NCBI GenBank assembly: GCA_003265885.1
Contig: QFBQ01000002.1
Span: forward strand, 2,358-66,357
Reading direction: 5' to 3'
From: Candidatus Marinamargulisbacteria bacterium SCGC AG-343-D04
GTDB taxonomy: Bacteria > Margulisbacteria > Marinamargulisbacteria > GCA-2716485 > GCA-002719695
Length of the DNA: 64,000 bases
Under the pieces are notes generated by a model that saw nothing but the letters and a program-made list of their open reading frames with translations, did no database searches and was not told where the DNA came from. Positions 43,122 through 51,579 of the stretch are shown here, one piece after another (the stretch's first letter is position 1; each line of letters starts with the position of its first letter). The translations under genes and the position numbers were made by a program.

Positions 43122-45074
43122 TTATATTTGAGGTATAGATTCCTTTTTTTCTTTTTTAAATCGTTCTCTCAATTCTGAAACGATTCCTGGATTTGCTAAG
43201 GATGTCGTGTCCCCTACTTCTTGATTTAATGCAATAGCTTTTAATAATCTTCTCATGATTTTTCCACTTCTTGTTTTAGGAAGATCTTCTGTAAATACAA
43301 TGAACTTTGGCTTAGCTATGGGGCTTATTTTTTTACTTACAAACTGTTTCAACTCATATTTTAACTCATCTGTCTCAACCGTGTCTTTTTTTAATATAAC
43401 AAAGGCTAATAATGCTTGCCCCTTAATCTCATCTTGAACGCCTACCACTGCAGCTTCTGCAACCTTGTCACAATCTACTAAACTGCTTTCTACTTCCATA
43501 GTTCCTATACGATGCCCGGCAATATTAATTACATCGTCTACACGGCCTAATACCATAATATAGCCGTCTTTATCTCTTATAGCTCCATCACCTGTAAAAT
43601 AACTGTCTAATTGTGACCAATAGACCTCTTTGAAACGTTCATTATCGCCCCAAATTCCTCGTGCCATTGATGGCCATGGTTCGGTAAGGCTTAAAAGCCC
43701 GCCCCCTTTTTGAACAGAGGCATCTTTATGATCACAAATATCAGCACTAATACCTGGTAACGGTTTACCTGCATACCCAGGTTTCATATTATGCAAGCCA
43801 GGTAACGTTGAAATCATAATCCCGCCCGTTTCGGTTTGCCACCATGTATCAACAATGGGGCAATTATTATTGCCGATATGGGTGTAGTACCATGTCCAGG
43901 CTTCTGGGTTTATTGGTTCTCCGACACTTCCCAATAAACGTAAGGAGCTTAAGTCATATTTTGCTGGAATATGATCTCCCCATTTCATAAACGATCTAAT
44001 TGCAGTTGGCGCAGTATACATAATACTGATTTTATACTTTTCAATTAGTTTCCAAAATATGCCTTGATCTGGATAATCTGGAGTTCCTTCATACATAAAG
44101 ACAGTGGCTCCATTAGATAGGGGGCCATAAGTTAAATAGGTATGACCTGTAATCCATCCAATATCAGCCGTACACCAATATACATCATCATCTTTTAAAT
44201 CAAAGACTACTTTTGTTGAGTAAGTAGCATGGGTTAAATATCCGCCTGTAGTATGTAAAATTCCTTTTGGTTTACCCGTTGTTCCAGAGGTATATAAAAT
44301 AAAAAGAGGGTCTTCGCTGTCCATCACTTCTGCTTTGCATTCTGCAGATTCTTTTTCCATACTCGTCTGATAATCAACATCTCTACCCTCTTCCCAATGA
44401 CAGTCATTGTGAGCATGTTTGACGACTAAAACGTTTTCTACGTGATGCTCATTATTATCTAATGCTTCATCTACAATATTTTTTAGATTTAAAATTTTTC
44501 CTCGCCGTGATCCTCCATCGGCTGTAATGACAAGTTTAGAATCTGAATCTTGAACTCTGTCTTTTAATGATTCTGCTGAAAACCCTCCAAATACGACACT
44601 ATGAATAGCCCCAATTCGTGCACAAGCCAGAACGGCAAAGACAAGTTCTGGAATTAAGGGCATATATAGGGTAACTCTATCTCCTTTTTTAACAGATAAT
44701 TGATTTCTGAGAACATTGGATAATTGGTTAACATGTTGAGATAGTTCTTTATATGTGATATTTCTTTCGAGACCATTTTCGCCTTCCCACTGTAGAGCAA
44801 TTTTGTCTTTTTTTGTTTCAAGATGTCTATCTATACAATTAACTGAAGCGTTTAATTTTCCGTTTACAAACCATTTGGCAAAGGGCTTATTCCATTCACA
44901 TGTTGCTTCCCAGGGTTTTATCCACTCTAATTTTTGGGCTTGTTTATTCCAAAATTCCATTCGGTCTTGATCCGCTTCTTGATATAAGTCATCTGTGTTA
45001 ACAACAGCATTTTCTTTGAATGGTAGAGACGGTTGAAATACTTTTTCAGATATATAATGAGCATCAAATGACAT
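43122..45074 (-). CDS. acs: acetyl-CoA synthetase
   Basis: 650 aa. Motifs are FWNKQAQKLEWIKPW, LYTSGTTGKPKGILHTTGGY, YWCTADIGWITGHTY, WWQTETGG, VDDVINIAGHRIGT and LPKTRSGKIMRRLL. Confidence 0.92.
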   Translation of the reverse strand: MSFDAHYISEKVFQPSLPFKENAVVNTDDLYQEADQDRMEFWNKQAQKLEWIKPWEATCEWNKPFAKWFVNGKLNASVNCIDRHLETKKDKIALQWEGENGLERNITYKELSQHVNQLSNVLRNQLSVKKGDRVTLYMPLIPELVFAVLACARIGAIHSVVFGGFSAESLKDRVQDSDSKLVITADGGSRRGKILNLKNIVDEALDNNEHHVENVLVVKHAHNDCHWEEGRDVDYQTSMEKESAECKAEVMDSEDPLFILYTSGTTGKPKGILHTTGGYLTHATYSTKVVFDLKDDDVYWCTADIGWITGHTYLTYGPLSNGATVFMYEGTPDYPDQGIFWKLIEKYKISIMYTAPTAIRSFMKWGDHIPAKYDLSSLRLLGSVGEPINPEAWTWYYTHIGNNNCPIVDTWWQTETGGIMISTLPGLHNMKPGYAGKPLPGISADICDHKDASVQKGGGLLSLTEPWPSMARGIWGDNERFKEVYWSQLDSYFTGDGAIRDKDGYIMVLGRVDDVINIAGHRIGTMEVESSLVDCDKVAEAAVVGVQDEIKGQALLAFVILKKDTVETDELKYELKQFVSKKISPIAKPKFIVFTEDLPKTRSGKIMRRLLKAIALNQEVGDTTSLANPGIVSELRERFKKEKKESIPQI

Positions 45075-45136
45075 AATAAGCCCCTTTTTTTAATTAGTTG
45101 ATATTAGTATAAAGGGTTTAGATCATTTATGTGAAC

Positions 45137-46216
45137 CTAAAATTGAATCGACACTCTTTTTCGTCCCCAATCTCCTCGATTATTTAAAAACACACCTTCA
45201 ATAGGATAATTACAAAAGGCACAGTGGCTATCTTTGATATGATACTCTCCTAACTGGTACCAGTCTCTTTCAATAATACAACGATTGCAATTAGGGCAAT
45301 AGGTACTTGCTGTGTCTTGGCTATGCATGTTTCCTGTATATACATAATGAAGTCCATACTCTTTGGCAATTCGTCTTGCTTTGATTAAACATTCTGGAGT
45401 TGTAGCTGGGGTATCCATCATTTTAAAATCTGGATGAAAGGCCGTAAAATGTAAGGGTACATCGGGTCCAAGATTATCCATGATCCATTTGGACATTTCA
45501 TGGATTTCGGTATCGTTGTCGTTGTTATTAGGGATGACAAGATTTGTTATTTCGAACCAGACCTTGGTCTGATGTTTTAAATATTTTAGAGTCTCTAACA
45601 CGGGTTCTAAATTTGCCATACACAACTTTTTATAAAACGTTTGCGTAAAGGCTTTCAAGTCGACATTGGCTGCATCCATATAGGAATAAAACTCTTCTCT
45701 GGCTTCTGGACAAATATATCCAGCCGTAACAGCAACCGTTTTTAAACCCAATTTTTTACACTCTTTTGCAATATCTATAGCATACTCTGCAAATATGACA
45801 GGGTCATTATAGGTAAATGCAACACCTATACAACCTAATTCTTTACATCGATGCGCTATCGCTTCTGGAGATGCATATTGTTGTAATCGATCCATTTCTT
45901 TGGCTTTGGATATATCCCAATTTTGACAAAATCTACATCCTAAATTACAGCCTGCTGTACCAAATGATAAAATAGACTCTCCTGGATAAAAATGATTCAA
46001 GGGTTTTTTTTCAATAGGATCAACACAAAAGCCACTACTTCTTCCATAGGCCGTTAAGACCATCTTTTGCTTTACATTCTTTCTAACAAAACAAAAACCC
46101 CGCTGCTCGTTACCAATGACACAGTGTCTTGGACATAGATTGCACTGAATTTTATCCTCTGAAAATTCAGTGAAAAATCTGCCTTGATAGGGTTTTGTGT
46201 GATCTAACAAGCTCAT
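45137..46216 (-). CDS. AmmeMemoRadiSam-system-type radical SAM enzyme (PFL-activase-like)
   Basis: 359 aa. It has an N-terminal Cys cluster CNLCPRHCVIGNEQRGFCFVR, the radical SAM motif GCNLGCRFCQNWDIS and a C-terminal Cys cluster CPNCNRCIIERDWY...CAFCNYPIEG. I recall this pattern from the AmmeMemoRadiSam family. Confidence 0.75.
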   Translation of the reverse strand: MSLLDHTKPYQGRFFTEFSEDKIQCNLCPRHCVIGNEQRGFCFVRKNVKQKMVLTAYGRSSGFCVDPIEKKPLNHFYPGESILSFGTAGCNLGCRFCQNWDISKAKEMDRLQQYASPEAIAHRCKELGCIGVAFTYNDPVIFAEYAIDIAKECKKLGLKTVAVTAGYICPEAREEFYSYMDAANVDLKAFTQTFYKKLCMANLEPVLETLKYLKHQTKVWFEITNLVIPNNNDNDTEIHEMSKWIMDNLGPDVPLHFTAFHPDFKMMDTPATTPECLIKARRIAKEYGLHYVYTGNMHSQDTASTYCPNCNRCIIERDWYQLGEYHIKDSHCAFCNYPIEGVFLNNRGDWGRKRVSIQF

Positions 46217-46299
46217 GTCTTACTCTCTATTATACTATTCCCTCTTTTGAATAAATACATTCATGTTTATTTTTAATATAAATTTGGTAGCTCTTATAT

Positions 46300-46761
46300 A
46301 TGATTAAATCTGTTAATAATTGCACTTTGTTTTTGTTTGCTTTCTTTAAGATTCCCTTATTATGCTTTTGTTTTCCTCGAATAAAGAAAAAAAGCCTACA
46401 ATCTCTTCATCTTTATATCCCTCTTTATTTTTTCACAAAAAATCATTTAGGGTCTATGTATTTTGGGGTTTTAATGATGGGGGCTGATTTATCGGCCGGT
46501 CTTTTAGCTATGCATTGTGCATCTTTATCGACAAAAAAAGTGTCTATTATCTTTAAAGACACACAAGCAGATTTTTTGAAACGAGCTGAACATGCTGTTC
46601 TATTTTGTTGTGATGAAGGGGATAAAATTAATCAGCTTATTGACTTAGTCTGTTCTACAGAAGAACGTCATCATGCGCCTATTCAGATTCAAGGGATTTG
46701 TTCTGAAACTAAGGAAGTTGTCGCTCGATTCACTCTAACCTTGTCTTTAAAAGCAACATAA
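46300..46761 (+). CDS. hotdog-fold protein (recalled as DUF4442/PaaI-like)
   Basis: 153 aa. NHLGSMYFGVLMMGADLSAGLLAM resembles the N..G..HGG......D...G motif of PaaI-type thioesterase folds. The N-terminal 30 aa are odd and the start is uncertain. Confidence 0.45.
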   Translation: MIKSVNNCTLFLFAFFKIPLLCFCFPRIKKKSLQSLHLYIPLYFFTKNHLGSMYFGVLMMGADLSAGLLAMHCASLSTKKVSIIFKDTQADFLKRAEHAVLFCCDEGDKINQLIDLVCSTEERHHAPIQIQGICSETKEVVARFTLTLSLKAT

Positions 46762-46763
46762 CA

Positions 46764-47627
46764 TTACTGATATTGTTTTCTAAATTCCAATGGGGTTATA
46801 TCCAAATGTCGTTTAAAAAAACGATTAAAATGAGCAGAATTTGAAAACTCTAATTGACTAGAAATTTCTTTTATAGATAAGGAGGATTGTGTAAGAAGAC
46901 GTTTGCACTCTAGTAATATTTTTTGATTAATCCAAAAACTAGCGGGTTTATTAGTTTCTTTTTTAATGACTTCATTTAAATAGTTTGATGATACAAACAA
47001 TAAGTCAGCATAGTCTTTTACAAAGCGTTTTGAAATAGAGGAGTTATCTATATATTTATTAAACTCAATAACAAGATTCGGAGAACTATGTTGTTGACTA
47101 CTTTCTTTGATTAAATGCAGAAATTTATTTTGCAACTCTATTAAGAATATAACGGTATAGCTACTCATTAAGATATGATGATTGATTGATTTTTCGTCAT
47201 TCATCAATAATTTCCTTATCTTTTTGGTAAGCGTAATTAACGAATCAACTTCATCAAACACTTCGTAACCTGCTGTGTGAAATGATTGAAAAAACTCAAA
47301 ATGACTCAGCTTAACGACACTATTTAGTTGAATTTCATCACTATCTATGGCTACAAAGTAAAACTCAGTATCTTCATGAGGTAAAAACTGATGAACTTGT
47401 CCGGGTCTTAAAAAGAATATCTGATTATCTACCACATTTATCTTTTTGAAATCGATAAAGTGTGTACCCCCTCCTTTTTTTATAATTAAAATCTCGTGAT
47501 GTTTGTGTCGATGGATCCCAATTGTAGGGACATAGTTCTGTGTCTTCCCGGAGCTTCTTACCTCCGTAATCTTGTCGTCTTTACTGATTTCAAATCCTAT
47601 ATAAGGAATGTTTTTTTTATCCATCAT
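46764..47627 (-). CDS. AraC-family transcriptional regulator (N-terminal cupin-like sensor, C-terminal double HTH)
   Basis: 287 aa. The C-terminus VKDYADLLFVSSNYLNEVIKKETNKPASFWINQKILLECKRLLTQSSLSIKEISSQLEFSNSAHFNRFFKRHLDITPLEFRK is a classic AraC/XylS HTH pair. The gene is divergent from the KamA-like gene. Confidence 0.85.
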   Translation of the reverse strand: MMDKKNIPYIGFEISKDDKITEVRSSGKTQNYVPTIGIHRHKHHEILIIKKGGGTHFIDFKKINVVDNQIFFLRPGQVHQFLPHEDTEFYFVAIDSDEIQLNSVVKLSHFEFFQSFHTAGYEVFDEVDSLITLTKKIRKLLMNDEKSINHHILMSSYTVIFLIELQNKFLHLIKESSQQHSSPNLVIEFNKYIDNSSISKRFVKDYADLLFVSSNYLNEVIKKETNKPASFWINQKILLECKRLLTQSSLSIKEISSQLEFSNSAHFNRFFKRHLDITPLEFRKQYQ

Positions 47628-47658
47628 TCTAAGTTTACTTTCTCTACAACATTATTAC

Positions 47659-47734
47659 CATATTTATCGATTTCATTGTCATATTTATCTAACTCTGTCA
47701 TTAAGCCTTTTATAAACGTATAAGTTTATTTATC
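47659..47734. promoter_or_regulatory. phased direct repeats in the araC / kamA-like divergent region (candidate AraC-type operator)
   Basis: CATATTTATC occurs at 47659-47668 and again at 47680-47689, exactly 21 bp apart. A degenerate copy TTTATTTATC lies at 47725-47734. The regulator assignment is inference. Confidence 0.35.
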
Positions 47735-47773
47735 TTTACTTTGCTTATAAAACTTTATGACAAGGATGGTTTT

Positions 47774-49195
47774 ATGATGAATATGTCACATTATGATAAT
47801 TTTAAAGTAGATTTCACGCCTCCAAAAGATTACGTCTGTGATTCAGGCTATGTCATTAAGCATAAGCCTTATAAAAAATATTTACGGACAGATATAGCTC
47901 GCATTTTTGAAGAAAAAGGAATTGTTGACCCTTTCTTAAAAGAAAGAGAAATTGTAGCTCAAGTTTTTCCTTTTAAAATTAATCAACATGTGGTTGATAT
48001 TATTGATTGGGATCATTATCATTTCGATCCTTTATTCCAGCTAACCTTTCCTCAACCAGGCATGCTCGAAAAAGATGAGATTTCATGTATTTCACACTTA
48101 AATGACGAAGGAGCTTCTAGAGATCAGATTGCTGAAGCTATATCTAAATTAAGAAGTAAAAAAAACCCTGCTCCTGCGAACCAATCAGCAAACCGACCTA
48201 CAATTTTTGAAGATGATGATAGTTATGAATGCGAAGGCTTACAACATAAATACAAGAATACCTGTTTAATGTTTCATAAAAATGCTCAAACATGTCACGC
48301 CTATTGCACATATTGTTTTAGGTTTAATCAATTTGTAGGAAAAGACAGGTTTTTAGAGGATGATTCGACACGTTTGCATACGTATATTAAACAACATCCA
48401 GAAATTTCTGATATATTAGTTACGGGTGGAGATCCAGGAACAATGAAAGCAGACGTTTTCAGGTCTATGTTAATGCCTCTCACTGAACCTGATTTTGCTC
48501 ATATAAAAAATATTCGTGTTGGTACAAAAGCCTTGACCTATCACCCCTATCGCTTTTTAACTGAACCCGATGCGGATGATTTGTTAGGCTGTTTTAAAGA
48601 CGTTATTTCTAAAGGAAAACATATTTCGATTATGGCTCATTTTAGCCATTTCAATGAAATTACTCCGGAGACATTAGCTGCCGTAAAGCGATTAAGGCAG
48701 GCGGGGTGTAATATTCGTACACAGGCTCCTATCATGAGATATATCAATGACAACCCCACCACATGGGCAAAAATGTGGGAGATGCAAGTTCAAAATGGCA
48801 TGATCCCCTATTATATGTTTATTGCTAGAGATACAGGTCCTCAACGATATTTTGAAGTTCCTTTGGCAAAAGCTCTTTACATCTATCAGGAAGCACGAAA
48901 AAAATTATCAGGCTTATCACATACTGCTAGAGGTCCATCTATGTCTTCTGGGCCAGGGAAAGTTTGCGTTATGGGTAAAGAGCGAATTGGAAACGAGGAA
49001 GTGTTTATATTGAAATTTCTTCAAGCACGAAACAACGATTGGTGTGATCGTGTTTTCTTTGCAAAGTATGATGAAAAAGCAACGTGGTTAGATAACTTGG
49101 TACCCGCTTTTGGTGATAAAGAATTCTTTTTTGAAGAAGAGTATAAATCTATTATTAATGCCAAGAAAAAAGTGGAGGATTTATGTCCAGCATAA
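47774..49195 (+). CDS. KamA-family radical SAM protein (lysine-2,3-aminomutase-like)
   Basis: The radical SAM motif CHAYCTYCFRFNQF is preceded by LQHKYKNTCLMF, followed by ILVTGGDPG and IRVGTK, as in KamA/EpmB-type aminomutases. I moved the start from the track TTG 47741 to ATG 47774, which has an AAGGA RBS 8 nt upstream. Confidence 0.8.
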   Translation: MMNMSHYDNFKVDFTPPKDYVCDSGYVIKHKPYKKYLRTDIARIFEEKGIVDPFLKEREIVAQVFPFKINQHVVDIIDWDHYHFDPLFQLTFPQPGMLEKDEISCISHLNDEGASRDQIAEAISKLRSKKNPAPANQSANRPTIFEDDDSYECEGLQHKYKNTCLMFHKNAQTCHAYCTYCFRFNQFVGKDRFLEDDSTRLHTYIKQHPEISDILVTGGDPGTMKADVFRSMLMPLTEPDFAHIKNIRVGTKALTYHPYRFLTEPDADDLLGCFKDVISKGKHISIMAHFSHFNEITPETLAAVKRLRQAGCNIRTQAPIMRYINDNPTTWAKMWEMQVQNGMIPYYMFIARDTGPQRYFEVPLAKALYIYQEARKKLSGLSHTARGPSMSSGPGKVCVMGKERIGNEEVFILKFLQARNNDWCDRVFFAKYDEKATWLDNLVPAFGDKEFFFEEEYKSIINAKKKVEDLCPA

Positions 49196-49731
49196 ATGTA
49201 GAAACCCATAAAACACATTCAACATCCATTAATCATTCTTCAATCTCTGAAGAGCTGGCTAACTTTGTGTCTAAGTCTGCATGGAGCATAACTATTCAAG
49301 AGTCTTTCTTTTTGTTTTTAGAAAAAAATACTGACATTCGATCAAAATTAAACAATCTGTTTAAAAATAGAGACTTATTTACACAGTGCATACCTATCAT
49401 CACTTATCAAGAAAAGAAAGACATATTTACAGTTCTTTTTACAAACAAATTAGTATCTCCTCCTGAACCAGGAGAGCCTGGTTCAATTTTGTCATATTTC
49501 AGATCCTATGGGTATACAGACTCAACATTATACTCGGATTGTTATGGACAACTTTCGTGTTCATCTTGTGCAATTGAAGTAATGAATGGAACTCTTGAAA
49601 ACCCTACTCCACGTGACGAAGAATATGATATGTTATCTATTGATGATAATCGTCCTCCTACTCAATACACACGTTTAAGTTGTCAAACTGTGGTAGGCGA
49701 CTCTCCGTTAATCTTAACTATTCGAAAATAA
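49183..49731 (+). CDS. adrenodoxin-type [2Fe-2S] ferredoxin domain protein with a ~65-aa N-terminal extension
   Basis: 182 aa. The cysteine spacing C-x5-C-x2-C (CYGQLSCSSC) plus a fourth Cys about 37 residues later (RLSCQT) is the vertebrate/adrenodoxin-type [2Fe-2S] pattern. The start overlaps the KamA-like stop region by 13 nt. Confidence 0.7.
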   Translation: MSSINVETHKTHSTSINHSSISEELANFVSKSAWSITIQESFFLFLEKNTDIRSKLNNLFKNRDLFTQCIPIITYQEKKDIFTVLFTNKLVSPPEPGEPGSILSYFRSYGYTDSTLYSDCYGQLSCSSCAIEVMNGTLENPTPRDEEYDMLSIDDNRPPTQYTRLSCQTVVGDSPLILTIRK

Positions 49732-49732
49732 T

Positions 49733-51070
49733 TTAAATTGTTTTCAATTGTTCGTAGGGATAAAGGGATGAATGTCCATCGCTCCAATTAATACCTAAGG
49801 CATAATTTCCTACAGGGTTCATAGAAAGTGGATGGATATCATCTGATATATCTTCTGGTTTTATAAGCAAGTCATTTGTAAACTCGTCACGAGTTAACGC
49901 ACTTCTACACTCTAATCTCAATGCTTTAGGATCAAAACACTTTTCTTCATCTGGGAACTTAATAATAATTCCTTCTTTTTGGTTATAGCCTATTTTAGGC
50001 AGTTGATTTTCTCCATGTTTAATAATACTTATATCTCTAACTAATTGTTGTGTGAATTCATGTATTTTTTTGGTGTTTTTACTTTTTGGATAGGTCTCTA
50101 AATAGGGAACCCCTTTGTCTCCACATTCTGATATTCCTGAGTCTAGTTCTAAGCTAATCGTGTTTTGAAATCCGAATTCATTAATTAATCGTTTTAGTGA
50201 GCCTTGTCCAAAGGGATAGGTCTTCTCTTTACCTACTTCTAAATAACTCATATTCTCAACTGCTCCTATCACGGGAACTTTCAGCCTATCAAACATTTCA
50301 ATACCTTTGACGACATCAATAAAGCTTATATGTTGAGGAGTTGTTACCGTAATAGCTGCCGTTATGGGAAGAAGTTGGCATAAGGTCAATTGAATATCTC
50401 CAGTTCCAGGAGGTAAATCAATGACCAAATAATCACATTCCCCCCATTTGGTTTGCAATAAAAACTGTGACACAATTTGAGATACCATAGGACCTCTTAA
50501 AATAGCAGGCCCTTCATCGCTTTGCTCTAGGGCATATCCAAAGGACATACACTTGAGACCATTATAGTTAATTGGCTTAATATGAGGTCCATCCATCACT
50601 AGTTCTGAGTTTGCGTGTATCATTGTCGGTAAACTAGGGCCATAAACATCTGCATCAAAGAGACCTACCGTAGCCCCTTGTTCTTTTAACGCAATAGCCA
50701 AATTCACTGCCATAGTAGATTTTCCTACCCCACCCTTACAACTAGACACCACAATAATGGATGCTACTTGATCTAGCATCTTTTTATCTTGATCCATTAA
50801 GGGGTTCTTTTTAGCTTGTGCAGTCATCGTAACCTGAACGTCTTCAACTCCTTCAATAGCTTTTACGCAGTCTTCCGCTTGTTTTTTAAACAAATCTTTG
50901 ACAGGGCAAGCAGGCGTCGTTAATTCAATCGAAAAGGATACACGACCTTTGTCTATGGTGAGGTTTTTTATAAAATTTAACGACACAATATCTTTACCTA
51001 GATCAGGGTCTATTATAGAGGATAATGCTTTTAAAATTTTCTCTTTCATAAGTTCATATAAGTGTTGCAC
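49733..51070 (-). CDS. mrp: Mrp/ApbC/NBP35-family Fe-S cluster carrier ATPase with an N-terminal DUF59-like and a C-terminal DUF971-like domain
   Basis: 445 aa. The N-terminus is IIDPDLGKDIVSLNFIKNL...TTPACP. The deviant Walker A is SSCKGGVGKSTMAVNLA, followed by DADVYGPS and DLPPGTGD. The C-terminal ~90 aa (LRLECRSALTRDE...PVGNYALGINWSDGHSSLYPYEQL) resemble DUF971. Confidence 0.85.
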   Translation of the reverse strand: MQHLYELMKEKILKALSSIIDPDLGKDIVSLNFIKNLTIDKGRVSFSIELTTPACPVKDLFKKQAEDCVKAIEGVEDVQVTMTAQAKKNPLMDQDKKMLDQVASIIVVSSCKGGVGKSTMAVNLAIALKEQGATVGLFDADVYGPSLPTMIHANSELVMDGPHIKPINYNGLKCMSFGYALEQSDEGPAILRGPMVSQIVSQFLLQTKWGECDYLVIDLPPGTGDIQLTLCQLLPITAAITVTTPQHISFIDVVKGIEMFDRLKVPVIGAVENMSYLEVGKEKTYPFGQGSLKRLINEFGFQNTISLELDSGISECGDKGVPYLETYPKSKNTKKIHEFTQQLVRDISIIKHGENQLPKIGYNQKEGIIIKFPDEEKCFDPKALRLECRSALTRDEFTNDLLIKPEDISDDIHPLSMNPVGNYALGINWSDGHSSLYPYEQLKTI

Positions 51071-51144
51071 AAAATTATATTTATTTAAACCATTGTGTTC
51101 TATGTTAAACTATATATCTACACAAATTATTTTTGGAGGAAACA

Positions 51145-51579
51145 ATGGGAAAACAACAAGCAAATGCAACATGGACAGGATCTTTAAAAGAAGGAGCAGG
51201 TCAGTTCAACTTGCCAAAAGGTAATCATACAGGACAATTTACTTTCGAAACGCGATTTGAAGATGGAAATGGAACTAACCCAGAAGAACTTGTTGGAGCT
51301 GCGCTCTCTTCTTGCTTTTCTATGTTTTTATCCGCTATTTTAGGGAAAGACGATTTTACAGTAAACTCTATTTCGTCTAATGCGACTGTTACTTTGGATA
51401 AAGACGATAATGGACCATTGATTACATCTATTCATCTTGATGTTAAAGGGGATGTTGATTCAATTTCCAATGACGATTTTCAATCTTATGTTGAAAAAGC
51501 TAAGAATGGATGTCCTATTTCAAGATTATATCAAGGAACCTCTATTACGGTTTCTGCTAATAACGTAGTTAGTGCTTAA
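51145..51579 (+). CDS. osmC: OsmC-family peroxiredoxin
   Basis: Motifs are TNPEELVGAALSSCFSMFLS and the C-terminal NGCPISR. I placed the start at ATG 51145 because the track's TTG 51133 lies inside the GGAGG RBS. Confidence 0.85.
   Translation: MGKQQANATWTGSLKEGAGQFNLPKGNHTGQFTFETRFEDGNGTNPEELVGAALSSCFSMFLSAILGKDDFTVNSISSNATVTLDKDDNGPLITSIHLDVKGDVDSISNDDFQSYVEKAKNGCPISRLYQGTSITVSANNVVSA

Noticed and set aside
47741-49195. The KamA-like gene as EpmB (the EF-P beta-lysylation enzyme)
   Set aside because: The protein is roughly 130 aa longer than EpmB-type enzymes as I recall them. No efp or epmA is adjacent, and it is paired with a ferredoxin and an AraC regulator. I kept it as an uncharacterised KamA-family member.
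50898-51224. 108-aa + strand ORF
   Set aside because: It is mostly antisense to the N-terminal domain of the Mrp-family gene and runs through the osmC RBS and start in another frame.
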